A stretch of DNA of 64,000 bases. Origin: Octopus sinensis (lineage: Eukaryota). Below the pieces are notes generated by a model. That model ran no database searches and was not told the DNA's origin. It worked only from the letters and a program-made list of their open reading frames with translations. Below are positions 36,447 to 49,810 of the stretch, piece after piece. How positions within the stretch are numbered: the stretch's first letter is position 1; every line of letters begins with the position of its first letter. The position numbers and the translations under genes were made by a program. The stretch is from positions 744,001-808,000 of the forward strand of contig NC_043019.1 in the NCBI RefSeq assembly GCF_006345805.1, read 5' to 3'.

Positions 36447-38673
36447 AAATTATGTACAACATAACTGTGACTTTATTTTCTGAATATAGGAAAAGAATTT
36501 GAGAAAATTTCACTGCAGAGTAAATATACTGAGCTCAGAGTGATTGTGAATCGTGAACATATAAACGATAGCTACATCAGCTATATAATGAATTTTTCGT
36601 GAGAGTGACTGAAATATGAAGCATTTTAATAAATGATGTTTAATCTTTGCCTTCAGAAAATTTCTATTATGTGCAGAGGTAAGAAATCGAATGCGTACAG
36701 TCGAAAAGACAGTTACAATTGTAAACATGTATTTATTTAGGCATTGGTTTAAATCTTTGGGCTACACCACGATTCTCAAGATATGGATAGCCTATGAGGA
36801 TAGGAAAAACCAAGTAGCAACATGATAGATGTTTGCGCACAATAGAAGCAACGTGCACAACAGATACAATTGTTTGAGTGTAGAGCTGCAAAAATAACAA
36901 ATAGATTAAAAGACTACATTTGAAGCTGTAATGAAAATATCTGGTGTTTTTTTAAAATTAAAACGCCAATGTATTTTTAAAAATGTGTTTTAGAACATGA
37001 ATACAACAAAGGACTATAGCTATATTATATATTGTTGTGCGTAGAAATTAAATTGAATAGAAAAATCGGATTAGACATCCGCATGATTTTCGTTAACGTG
37101 CGTATATGGATCAACAAATAATGAATTCGGTGAAACTCGCTAGCGCAGATTCAGTTAACTATAAAATGCAACGCTTAACATTGTAAATGTTTTATAAAAT
37201 GCTTCCCATGAATCCAAATATAGATTACTCTGCATAAACAGCCAGTCACTTAACCCGAAAACAAAACTATGAGTTTACTTTGGAATGTTTTCCTAGGGTT
37301 AAATATTATTTCTGATAACGAGCAAGCTTTTAAGGTTCTTTCCCCGTATGACAATGAGAATTTAACAAGACTTGATTTACAGGCATGTTTTCCCATATAA
37401 TGCCTTAGGATAGAATGAAGAATAGCAAAATCAATCCAAAAGTTATATCTGTAGGCACAATTCTTCAAAGAATATAGAAATAATCATTTTGTGAAAAAAT
37501 TTGTCTTTCATATATCTAATAGATTTTTTCTTTTCTGCATTAACATTATATTATATTTAAAAAAACATGTTCTTATTTTAATATTCTGAACGACAAATGT
37601 GTCCAACCAATATATAGCTTTGTCTATCACGGATAAATTAAATTCAATGACAATTCTAAAAATGTCTAAAGTAAGAAAGCCTATATTATTCTCCTATGAT
37701 AAAATTAAGCTGCTAAGAACTTCATATATAATTGGTAAATAATAACGACAAAATATAACAACAAGTGTATGAGATAAATAGCTAGTAATTTTATATTCAG
37801 AGTTATCAATCGATAAAATCTTTCTACACATGGTCAGATGGCGAAGATACAATGAAACGCAACACCTCATAATTTTCTGCTGTGCTCAACTAATAAATCT
37901 AAATTTCCTAAATCGCATCTCCAACTCTTATACACTTTCCATGAAATTTAGACCATATTTAAAAATTATTTTTAATCATTACAGTTCTAAATTAATTAAT
38001 TGCAAGCAAACTCCTACGTGATTGTTGATATAATATTCTATGAAATTATTCGAACATCATATTTTATATTAACTGAATACACTCTGATGTGTTGAAGTTT
38101 TCTCCAGATCCTTTCGTTTATATGCATCTCAAATCTGAATTTAACGAGTATAAAGTAACCAATAACTACACCGAACTTTCGAACGACGCAGATGTTTACA
38201 CTCGAGTTCAAATCATAATTGTTTAAGTGAATTTAATAGTCTTTTGTGTTTTAGAATTGCTAACATATCTTCACTGTTGCAGACATATTTACATTGCGGC
38301 TTTCAATTAAGCATTGTGGTTCAAATACTAATGACTTATATTGGTATTAATTCTTCGTTATTATCTTGTAATTATACCCTGTTTCCACAAAAACAGTAAC
38401 TCATTGTAGTCTTTGAACTTTAATTTTACCTTTAAAGAAATTAAATATTTTGCTTGACACGTATCGTTATATTACCATTGATTTCACACAGTTTGATTAT
38501 ACATTAATAAATACATTAATTTGAAATAAAACTTCGACTTCAAAAACATTTCAGATTAATTTAATAAGAGTTCTTTGGCAATTAAATCCCATGAAAGAAT
38601 ATATTTCATTTGACATAGTAATTTGTTTTCTATAAACTATGGTCATCATCATCATCACTATTATTCCTGCTGA

Positions 38674-39100
38674 AGGCGGCGAGCTGGCAGAAACGTTAGC
38701 ACGCCGGGCGAAATGCGTAGCCGTATTGCATCTGCCGGTACGTTCCGAGTTCAAATTCCGCCGAGGTCGACTTTGCCTTTCATCCTTTCGGGGTCGATTA
38801 AATAAGTACCAGTTACGCACTGGGATCGATGTAATCGACTTAATCCGTCTGTCTGTCCTTGTTCGTCTCCTCTGTGTTTAGCCCCTTGTGGGTAGTAAAG
38901 AAATAGGTATTTCGTCTACCGCTACGTTCTGAGTTCAAAATCCGCCGAGGTCGACTTTACCTTTCATCCTTTCGGGGGCAATTAAATAAGTGCCAATTAT
39001 GCACTGGGGTCGATATAATCGAATTCATCCGTTTGTCTGTCCTTGTTTGTCCCCTCTGTGTTTAGCCCCTTGTGTGTAGTAAAGAAATAGGTATTTCGCC
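38674..39100 (+). mobile_element. SINE family B with internal tandem second unit
   Basis: Full copy, then a restart at aaatag|gtatttcgtct to a second tail. Confidence 0.9.
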
Positions 39101-39497
39101 TCTCCTAAAATATCGGGCCTTGTGCCTGTAGTAGAACGGTTTATTATTCTTGTTATTCAGGCAGCAATCTGGCAGATTCGACAGACAAAATGCTTAACTC
39201 ATTTCGTCTGTCTTTATGCTCCGAGTTCCAATTCCACCAATATCGACGATTCCTTTCACCCTTTCGGGGTTGATAATATAAGGAATCAGTTGAACATTGT
39301 GGTTCATGTAATTGACTAGCTGCCTCCCGCAAATTTTTAGGCCTATATTAACAAGGATCACTTGTATTATCATTTTGTTCAGCTGACAGAATCTTTAGCA
39401 TACGACACAAGACTCTTATCGGCATTCCATTTGACTCTGCGCTCTAAGTTCAAATGCTGCCGAGATTAAATTAGCCTTTCATTATTTCTGGATATAT

Positions 39498-39660
39498 AGG
39501 CGCAGGAGTGGCTGTGTCGTAAGTAGCTTGCTTACCAACCACATGGTTCCGGGTTCAGTCCCTCTGCGTAGCATCTTGGGCAAGTCTCTTCTGCTATAGT
39601 CTCGGGTCGACCAATGCCTTGTGAGTGGATTTGGTAGACGGAAACTGAAAGAAGACCGTC

Positions 39661-39724
<64 letters not shown>

Positions 39725-39920
39725 GTGTGTATATGTTTGTGTGTCTGTGTTTGTCCCCCAACCATCGCTTGACAAGCGATGCTGGTTCGGCAAAAAGAGA
39801 CCGATAGAATAAGTACTGGGCTTACAAAGAATAAGTTCTGGGGTCGATTTGCTCGACTAAAGGTGGTGCTCCAGCATGGCCGCAGTCAAATGACTGAAAC
39901 AAGTAAAAGAGTAAAGAGTA
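39498..39920 (+). mobile_element. SINE family A, full length
   Basis: Matches 24123; ends aagtaaaagagtaaagagta. Confidence 0.9.
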
Positions 39921-40634
39921 TACCAATCAGGTACTGAAGTGGATTTTATCTGCTTCCCTCTCCTGAAGAACTGCTGGCCATTTGCCAAAATTTGAAAGTA
40001 TTAATATCAATATTGTTGTGGCTTTTTCGATATAGATAATTTCTCCGTCGACAATAAATTCAAATTATTGGAACTCGGTGAATTTTATGATATATGAATT
40101 AAGCTGGATTTGTTTAATTGTATTACTTCTAAGCACTATTAATGAGTCAGCCAGTGGCTTCACTTTGATCTGGAGATCTAATATAATTGCTTTATATTAG
40201 AAATACCAAACTATATTAGCGGCGTGGGAATAATACCGACTCGCGCCTACTGATTTCAGTTTGCAGTTTATGTGATGGTATACCGACAGCAATACGCCTG
40301 GACGTTGACTGCTGTATCACTGCAGCATTGTATCAGTGAATTAGATAGTTTGGTGACTCCGAAAGTCACTGCATAGACACATATTTAATAAAGTTTCACC
40401 ACTAATAAAGTGCTTCTTTTGTATGAATATTGTTTGTATCGGTTTACAAGAAGGGTTTCATCTGCCTACGTTCTCGACTGAACATTTAATAATATTACAA
40501 CAATAGAGATCAAGATCATTCTAGAAATACAGGGTGGTCCAAATGTAGGTTTACAGTTATTCAACTATCTCTTTCGCATTCATATATTAACAGTTTAGAT
40601 CTTAATTATAAAAGTAATATGAAAGCATTTGTTG

Positions 40635-40855
40635 TATTTAGGAATGGTCATTTTGCCAGTTTAGCCAATAAAAACACATATTTGGTGTTACTTTGCTTCA
40701 GCGTCATTCATTTTTCACATTAATCTTAATCTTATTTCGGCTAGAGTTCTTTCGTCACACTCCTGTTACCTCATCAGTGGTCCTTTGCTTTCTTCTTTGT
40801 TATTTGTGTGTCTCTCCTTACTAACGGTCAGCCATTTTGTATTATTCTATAATAA
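40635..40855. repeat. Solo copy of the 52911-53682 fold-back family
   Basis: ggaatggtcattttgccagtttagccaataaaaacac...ctcatcagtggtcc aligns to 52925-53130. Confidence 0.85.
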
Positions 40856-41705
40856 TTTAGTTAATTTTGTCAAGCTCTCTTTACAGTTTGTAAGATAGAA
40901 TTTTAAATGTCAAAAATTATTTTAAAAGAAATTTAAATTGCCTACGTGATAACTGTAAACCGTATTTTGGGGCCACCCGGTATACATGGGCCGAACGTTA
41001 TAATAGAAAGACTCGATTTGATCTTTTGTTTTTCTTCTTTACATGATGGTGCAATTAGACATGTTACCAGTTGTTGTTCGGCTAAAGAAAATATAATCAA
41101 TTCACTTATTAGCCCCCAAGGACAGTAGTTTTACACCTCACTTATCTGTCAGAAATATGACCGGAGTGTTAGCATGTTGTTGCATGTCAACTTTACGGCA
41201 ACTAATGCACCAACCAGCGGCTGACTATTTGTTTCTGTATGTTAGATATAAAGCTTGTACTTCTCCCGTTTCTTTAACTCGTATCGAGACACTTTGTGCA
41301 AGTGGAATTAATACTGAAATATATAAACGGATGTTATTACAGCTTTTTTTCACCATCTGTAATAATCAAATCCATATTTCACTTAGAATTTTTTCCAGCC
41401 AATCCTAGCATGATTTACGTACTTAGCTGAGGAATACGCAAAATAAATCAATTTTGAAAATCTTCGTAAAAAAACATTAATATTCTCTTTTTTCATCTCA
41501 TTCTATGAAGAACAATAATTAATGTAGAGAACTCCTCCGTTCATTAATGGCCATGAAATTGAAACTACACAGTTCACGTCCGTGGCACAAGTCCAGTTAA
41601 GCTTGATTATGGAAGACCAGCAGTCGCTCACGCATATGTTATCCAAGAGGAAAGGCAAATGCCAATACAGCTTGGCGCCAGTGACGTCGCAACTAATTTC
41701 TTCAA

Positions 41706-42172
41706 AGACTCCGCCGGTTACGACGACGAGGGTCCCAGCTGATACGATCAACGGAACAGCTTGCTTGTGAAATTAACGTGCAAATGGCTGAGCATTCCAC
41801 AGACACGTGTACCCATAACGTAGTTCTCGGGGATAATCAGCGTGACACAGAGAGTGACAAGGCTGACCCTTTGAAATACAAGTACAACTCATTTTTGCCA
41901 GCTGAGTGGACTGGAGCAACGTGAAATAAAGTGTCTTGCTCAAGGACACAACGCGTCGCCGGGAATCGAACTCACAACCTTACGATCATGAGCCGAATGC
42001 CCTAACCACTGAGCCACGCGCCCTCACCAACTAATTTCTACAACGAAGAGAAATGGAGCAACGTGAAATAAAGTGTCTTGCACAAGAACACAACAAACAG
42101 CCCTCCCCAAAATCGAAATCACTACCTCATAATTGTGAGCCTGACGCTCTAACCACTGAGCTATGCGCCATG
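41706..42172 (-). mobile_element. Chimeric SINE head D + tail C (41706-42026) plus partial head D (42050-42172)
   Basis: Reverse complement matches 5797-6116. Confidence 0.85.
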
Positions 42173-43112
42173 CAATTTTCTATAACATTTTTTTTGCTAG
42201 CGTTTTTATGTATCTTACTTTTTTTCATCATAACATGCTCACTTCTCTATATATGACTCAGCTCTGCATTTTGTTAAAAATTACTTCGTCCTAAAATAAC
42301 TTCATATATTGTTTATATAAATGTCAAGCGCTATATGTTTACATGGGAAAATGCGAGCAAGAGAAATATCCTTAAGCTTATAAACCTGGAAAATTATAGG
42401 ACAAGTTATTACACCTGGAAAAGTTCAGAACAACTTATTACATGGGGTAAAGTTCAGAGCAAGAAAATTTTTACTTAAAACATTGCAGCTAAGGATAAAA
42501 TTTTTAATAAAATATTTAGATTTATAAAAATATTAGCTTTTATTACATTAAGAATTTTATTACAAGTTATTACTTATATTTGTTATTACTTGTTACTTCT
42601 ATTAAAAATTAAAATTAACTCAAAATAATTTTTGCACTTAAAAAAATTCATTGTTTTAACTATGTAATTAAAAATTTGAAAATAGGTTATAAAAAATATA
42701 AGGAATGCATAATTACTTAGTACAATAAGTATAATAATACAAAATTAGTTATATATTACAGTAAAATCTACCTATGACAAATTCACAGTAAAATTTGCTT
42801 GAGTTATTTCCTCAGTGATTGCCAAGTCTTCACATTTTTAGTTTTGACCCAATGCATATTTTCTTCAAAATGAATCTCCCTGCTGTCTATACTTCAGCTA
42901 TATTGCTTCTGGCTCTCATTTTTTAAGTATTCTAGTGTATCAATATTTTAACAACATGATGGTACCTTTTTTAATAATTATGTTACTTTGTATATAAAAA
43001 TCAAATAATTTTTAGTATTCAAATTGTATCCTTCGCTGCAATATTTTAAGTAAAAATGTTCTTGTTCTATACTTTATATATATACATATATACATATATA
43101 TATATATATCAA

Positions 43113-43370
43113 TAATAATAAAGGGTAAAATTAATTAATTAACTAGTAATCAATAATTCCACCAAGTATAATTCGGCATGAAAAAGGACCATTTTTCGGT
43201 AAACTTAAACAATATTTTATAATTACGAGTATCATTATAATTAGGGTTCAGCAAAGATTTACTTTCTTTACCAGATACCGAAATTTGGCTGCTATTTTTA
43301 AACTTCAGTATGTGGTAAAGCAAATCTTTGCTGAACCCTAATTATAATTATACTCGTTATTATAAAATAT

Positions 43371-43371
<1 letters not shown>
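43113..43371. mobile_element. Fold-back element, 50-bp arms (43211-43260 / 43322-43371), in (TA)n
   Basis: 2 mismatches between arms; left extension related to 8790 and 54505. Confidence 0.75.
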
Positions 43372-43443
<72 letters not shown>

Positions 43444-44084
43444 TTTTTACTTGTTTCAGTCATATTGACTGCGGCCATGCTGGAGCACCGCCTTGATATA
43501 TATATATATATATATATATACAACAGGCTTTTTTTCAGTTTCCGTCTAGCAAAGCAATTCAGAAAGCTTTGTTCGGTCCTGGGGCTATGGCAGAAGACTA
43601 ACCAAGAGCGCTACGCAATGGAAATGACTATAATTACTAACACTATTTGTGTTTCTTTCTCACTGCATAATCATCTCTAACGTTAAATTTCTATAATCAA
43701 TCTTTGGGTTTCTTTTTTCCAGTTTCCTTTTTCTAGTTACTTCTTTGCATGTAACAAATATGATCTGCAAATTTTTCATCTGATTTGATGAATATAATCT
43801 GTTAAGTGGAATGAATTAAAGAAAAAGTCGTGATAGTCATGGATGGTTTCTTCATTATTAATAACAGATTCAAGTGAGAAATAATTCATAGTTAACACAG
43901 CCTAAATCCATAGATTTCCCTTTATCGGTTTATTGGTTTCTAATTTTCGCACAAGGCTCACAAGTTCTCGCCGAAACAGTACTCGTGGAGGTGTTCATGT
44001 AGTGCCTTCGTGCACATACACACACACACGTTCACGCATACACACACACACACACACAAGATATATACATATTTACAGGCATTT

Positions 44085-44250
44085 TGTTGGATGTCCGTTG
44101 ACTGTTCAGGAGTTCATCCGCCCTTTGACAGGTCTTATTTTTCATCCCGCAGATGTCCAACAACACTCTTCTCACCAAGCAAGCCTGGTGGGGTTGCCAG
44201 CTTAGTCGCCGACGACCCGACCATGTGACAGGTTGAACTGGATGTTGTTT
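44085..44250 (+). mobile_element. Possible RTE LINE 3' end
   Basis: RPLTGLIFH resembles the RTE C-terminal R.L.GL.SH motif; lies just upstream of the RTE RT fragment. Confidence 0.35.
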
Positions 44251-44321
44251 CTTTTATATGTATTTATATGTATATATATGTATAGTTGCCCGCATTTAGT
44301 TAGAACATTTAAATACCAAAT

Positions 44322-44892
44322 GTAGTGTCTGAAACTCAATGTGGTTTTCGTTCCTCCAGGGGCACAGCTGATTGTATCTTTATTGTCAGACAATTACAAG
44401 AACAGTGCATTGAACAAAATCTTACTCTATACCATTGCTTTGTTGATTTGAGCAAAGCATTCGATACTGTTAAACGAAATGCTCTGTGGCTAATTCTAAG
44501 GAAAATAGGTTGCCCAGAAAAGTTTGTAAACATGGTCAGGGCTTTGCATCAATTTATGAAAGCTAGAGTTAATTTTGGTGGTAGGCTCTCTGAATCTTTT
44601 GCCGTGGATAATAGAGTAAAGAAAAGAGACCTTGATGCACTCACGCTTTTTGCAATATACTGTGCTTTTCAAAACTCTGAGGAGGGTATTTACTTAAAAT
44701 ATCGAACAACAGTTAATGTTTTTAATTTGACCAGACTGAAATTCAAAACGAAGATTTTTACTTCACACATTAGGGAACTTTTGTATGCTGACGATTGCGA
44801 TCTTGTCAGTCATTCTGAAACAGGACTGCAATCTATTGTATCTGCATTTGACTCGGCTTGTGATGACTTTGGCTTGACCATCAACTTGAAAA
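44322..44892 (+). pseudogene. RTE-clade LINE reverse transcriptase fragment
   Basis: ETQCGFRSSRGTADCIFIVRQLQE; FVDLSKAFDTV; GCPEKFV; LLYADDC; FGLTINLKK. The QG motif is decayed (VKKRD). Confidence 0.95.
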
Positions 44893-45860
44893 AATTGGAC
44901 ACGCCAGGAATGAACTTGCACGCATCCAGAACAAGTGCAGCAGGAAAGCGGACAAGGTGACTCACACTACACGCTTCCTAGAAATATTGAAAAGCAAGAG
45001 TTACCCTATATCCATTGTGAATAAGCTTAAGTACCCAAGACGACCAACACGCCGAACAACTAGAAAACCTAGCAACACATGCTTCCTTAAAATATCCCAT
45101 CTTAGCGAGAGGGTAACTACAGCGATCCTAAGAGCCATAAGAAGAGAAGGATTAGACACACAGCTACCCCCACTCCGGCCCTCTCTGAGAAGACACCTCG
45201 AAAAGAAACGAGCAAGGGATAGCAATCAATGCACACTAGCAAACTATCTGATCTGTGACACATACTTATTCCAACGTGTAAATATTGTGTATAGAATACA
45301 ATGTAAAAAATGTCACAAGTTCTATGTGTGTAGTACAACAAGACCGTTACACGTTGCTTCAAAGAACGCCTGAACACGAGAGCCTCCTCCTCCTATAAAA
45401 ATCATCTAGACAGATGCCGGAACACTGACAAAAGCACAACAGTCAACATTGATGACAATGAAAGAAATTTAGGTAATCTAAGAATTAAGGAAGCTATACT
45501 CATACACAGACTAGGGACCCAAATTAAAACAGGCTGGAGGTTGGCAGTCAATATATTATTTAGCTACATCTGGATTCGTGCAAATTCATTTTTGATAGCA
45601 TGCTCATGTATTACTTATATATAAAGAAAAAAGACAGAAGGAAAAAGCAGGAAACTGCACGTATAACACATAATGTTGAAGCAACGCTACGGATGTAGCA
45701 GCACGCACGAGCTTGAAACATGAAGAATTCCGGAAGGGGCTTCGTGAGACCACTGCAGAGACGCTTCCGGAAAAAAAAGCCCGTTGAAAAACCGATTATA
45801 GCAGTGATTAGGGATATCTGAAGGAGGAATTTTTATATTCCGAAATATTATATCAGCCTA
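44893..45860 (+). mobile_element. 5'-truncated Penelope-like element: RT thumb/linker, GIY-YIG endonuclease, 3' pLTR with HHR
   Basis: RNELARIQNKCS...; NIVYRIQCKKCHKFYVCSTTRPLH + frameshift KERLN...NHL...LRIKEAILI (GIY-YIG). Confidence 0.85.
45813..45854 (+). ncRNA. Minimal type-I HHR motif with one extra core purine
   Basis: gatat CTGAAGGA ggaat-ttttat-attcc GAAA tat T atatc; 5-bp stems I and II, palindromic ATAT stem III. Confidence 0.6.
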
Positions 45861-47594
45861 TGGATGATTAAACTACAACAGTTATTATAGTCCATTGTTA
45901 TTATTATAGTGCATTGTGTCATTCAAAACACATAGTATTTTCATGTATATATATATAAAATACCCAATAGGTACAAGACGTCACCCACAAGTGAAAAATG
46001 CGTAAATACATGAGTAATTAGTAGGGGATAAAATACCGAAACATACACAATAAATACAGGACATCAACAACGAATGAAAATATATAGACACACAAGAGAT
46101 AGATACGGCACAAAGCACCAAAGAAGATAACTCGCTCGTCATTTGTCGACTGTTTTTCTACTCCATATTTGGTACATTTAATGACAAGATGATAAACCTT
46201 CATAAGGCAGCAGCGTCGAGAGAGTTAGAGCTTGGGAGCAATTTTTAAAGGAAATAGTATAAATAGAAGAGAAGAATATAGAAGAGAAAACATGTCGGGA
46301 GGCGAAAGAAATTACGTCCAGCCTGAAAAACCTCTTGTCCGTTTTCAACTTGGTAACACTGCAACTTATATTTGACTAGCAGGGTACTCAGAAGAAATAT
46401 TGATAAATATTCTCTCTGAATCATCCAGTCTATTATTTAGCAGCGTGATATTGACGTTTTACATAATATTATATTTGCAAATCCAATTTGTTGAACAACA
46501 TTGCCAAATGTAATGAAATATTGTTGAAAACATTGAATTAGTAACTTTCAACATGAAATTCACATCCTTCAGTCTTATCTTCGGCTTCAAAAGTGGACTT
46601 TGAAGCTTCGAATCATAACCAATTTACGATCAAATCGCATCCGGAGGTTGAAAGTAATTACTGTTGTACTATCTGGAGTACACCAAGTCTGAAAATGAGG
46701 AAGGATAGTCATGGTTAGAACGTTTCCTATCATATATATTCGTCATCTGGAGTGACACGTAGTGAAACGCCAAGAACAACGTAAACAGAACAAGAAAAAA
46801 TTGATAAATAAAATGTTTTTTGCGCCCACGTTGTCTCGGCATACACCATCAAATAATTGAAGGAAAAACAAAATATTTTCTAAAACACAAACGAAAAATA
46901 AAACATGTTTTCTTTTTCTTCCAGTCTTTCATTTGAAATCTTCGAATTTCCTTCGGGTCTGGAAAATTTGTTAAAGATATTTTTCGATAAATTATCCTCA
47001 ATAGAGAATTAGGAACATTATTCAGAAACTTATGATTTGTGCAATATGAATGTTATCACGAGAATGATGATTGTAATTTTGATTTTATTTCCCGATATCT
47101 ACTGGCACCAATTTGTCTGATCCTATAAAACTATTTCTTGAAATATTGGTGCAATAGAATCTTTTGATTCAAGAGGAAGCGAAGTATTAATCATGAATCG
47201 TGTTTCCATAAAACAGGCCAATACAAGCTTACAATATCTTTTATTTAGAAACATGAATAATAATTTACTTTGATGCATTAACCGAAACAAGTCCATAGGA
47301 AATATATTATAATGCATAACCTTTTTAAGATTAAAGAATTCTAAGAGTCTGTCGATTTGTTATTCTACCTAGCGCCGGAATTATAGAATACGATTAACGA
47401 GACAACATGGGAGCTTCTATGTGTTCAATACACATGCTGGAAATAGTATCGAAATTTCCTCAATATTATGTTCAACTATCTTTTCAAAAAGACAGTGTGG
47501 TAGTTACAAATACATGCATTTCGTCAAGTTTATAATAATGTGTTGGCGATATGATAGAAAACAATAGTAATCGCTTAAATTAACATCTGGTTTA

Positions 47595-47832
47595 ATACCT
47601 ATTTCTTTACTATCCACAAGGGGCTAAACACAGAGAGGACAAGCAAGGACAGACAAACGGATTAAGTCAATTATATCGACCCCAGTGCGTAACTAGTTCT
47701 TACTTAATCGACCCCAAAATGACGAAAGGCAAAGTCGACCACGGTGGAATTTGAACTCAGAACGTAGCGACAGACGAAATACTGCTGAGCATTTCACCCG
47801 GCGTGCTAACGATTCTGCCAGCTCGCCACCTT
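47595..47832 (-). mobile_element. SINE family B
   Basis: Reverse complement of the 3154 consensus. Confidence 0.9.
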
Positions 47833-48341
47833 AATATCAGCATCTGAAAAAAATAGTCCTGCTTTCTCATAAGAACAAACAAATCAATACAAGATCTCAT
47901 TAAGACTATAAAAGGATTGGTATAATTCGTATTTTACTGCAATAAATGATATTTACCTGCCTACAGCTAGAGCGACAGTGAGTGACGAAATATATGTATC
48001 GAAATGCTAATATTTATATATGTATCAGTTATTGATAAGCTACAGATATATTGCTAATAGCGATATCAACTGAGAAATATCATAATACAGATATTTATAT
48101 CACCAAATCCAAATCAGAAAATATAATATGCGATAGGAACATATAGGTTTTGGACAAAATAATGGAAACACGTAGCATCATAGCATCATAATTTTGAAAT
48201 ATCTATAAAACCGCCCAAAGCTTGTTTATTTTTATGTTTCTTGATTTATTATTAGTGTTGCTTAATATGTTTTGCTAAAATTGCTGTTTCTTTTCAGATA
48301 TCATCAGAAAAAGGTAATAAAAATTCATAAAAAGGACAGTT

Positions 48342-48670
48342 CTATCGGACTTTCAAATAGGTCAAATTGTTGGTGCTCGTATGGCAGGCGCTAGCGTAAC
48401 GGAAACAGCCAAAATATTTGGTGTATCAAGAAGTACTGTCTCGAAAGTAATGACAGCCTTTGGGAAAGAGGAAAAAAAAACTTCCTCGTCGAAACAAAAC
48501 ACCAGAAGAAAACCAACACTTTCAGATAAGGACCGTCGGACTCTTACGCGAATTGTTAGAAAGGATCACGAAAGTAGAGCTCGAAAAATTCCTACAGAAC
48601 TTAATGTCCACCTCGAGAACCCAGTTTCCACAAAAACTGTTCGCCGGGAGCTGCACAAAAACGGATTCCA
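48342..48670 (+). pseudogene. Tc1-family transposase N-terminal HTH fragment
   Basis: LSDFQIGQIVGARMAGASVTETAKIFGVSRSTVSKV...LSDKDRRTLTRIVRK...VSTKTVRRELHKNGF; truncated by a SINE. Confidence 0.92.
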
Positions 48671-48689
48671 AACTGACAGAATTGTTAAC

Positions 48690-49810
48690 AAAATCCTTAG
48701 CATTTCGTCCGTCTCTAAGTTCTGAGTTCAGATTCCTTCGAGGTCGACTTTACCTTTCATTCTTCGGCGTCGATAAAATGCATAGCAGTTGTATACTTTG
48801 GTTCATGCAATCGACTTACCCCGCCCCAGCGAAATTGCTGACCTAGTGCCAAAATTTGAAACCCATATATAATGGCTTTGAGTTAGTAGTGGTTCTGTCT
48901 ATATTATTTATATTTATAAGAAAATGATTGTATCAAAAATTATATACGATTCCCTCCCACACGCCAATTCCTTACAGGATCTTTAAGTCTGTATCATCAG
49001 GGACCAAACTGGACCCACACTGAGATTATGCGTCTGATGAGAATGTGTGGGCAGCCAGCACAATTATAAATTTGTCCCAGTGCCAGTAATTTAAGGGGAC
49101 AATTCGGCACAAAATCAGCAATTTAGGGGGAAGTGTAAGTCAATTACATCGACCCAAGTATTCAATCCTGAAATGGTGAAAATCAAAGTCGATCTTAGCA
49201 GGATTTGAACTCAAAACGTAAAGGCGGATGAAATGCTGCTAAGCATTTTGCCCGTCATGCTAATGATGCTATTAGCTAGCCACAATCGCAGCTGAATTAA
49301 TATTGATTTCAAATTTTGGCACAAGTGTAGTCAGGTCGGGATACATCGATTACATTGACCCTAGTGTTCGACTTGTACCTATTTTTATCAACACCGAAAG
49401 ACTGAAAGGTAAATTCGACCTCGGTAGAATTTGAACTCAAAAGACCAACGAAACGCCACTAAGCGTTTTGCACTGTGTATCTATGATTCTGCAAGCTAGC
49501 CCTCTTACCATCAAAATTAAAATAAAAATCTTTCAAAGATATGACAGTCTCTCACAGAAGAGTCTACTGTCAATCTATTTCTTTACTACCCACAAGGGGC
49601 TAAACACAGGGGGGGACGAACAAGGACAGACAAACGGATTAAGTCGATTACATCAACCCCTGATCGTAACTGGTACTTAATTTATCGATTCTGAAAGGAT
49701 GAAAGGCAAAGTCGACCTCGGCGGAATTTGAACTCAGAACGTAACTCCAGACGAAATACGGCTACGCATTTCGCCCGGCGTGCTAACGTTTCTGACAGTT
49801 CGCCGCCTTG
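48690..49810. mobile_element. Cluster of degraded SINE family B-related copies (48690-48865 +; 49090-49270, 49330-49500, 49578-49810 -)
   Basis: Each contains the gtcgacttt.cctttcatcc.ttcg box and/or the head ttctgagttcaaattcc. Confidence 0.8.

Noticed and set aside
45700-45790. SECIS-like hairpin downstream of the PLE ORF
   Set aside because: The stem is not in register with an AUGA/GA quartet and no in-frame UGA at a Cys position was seen.
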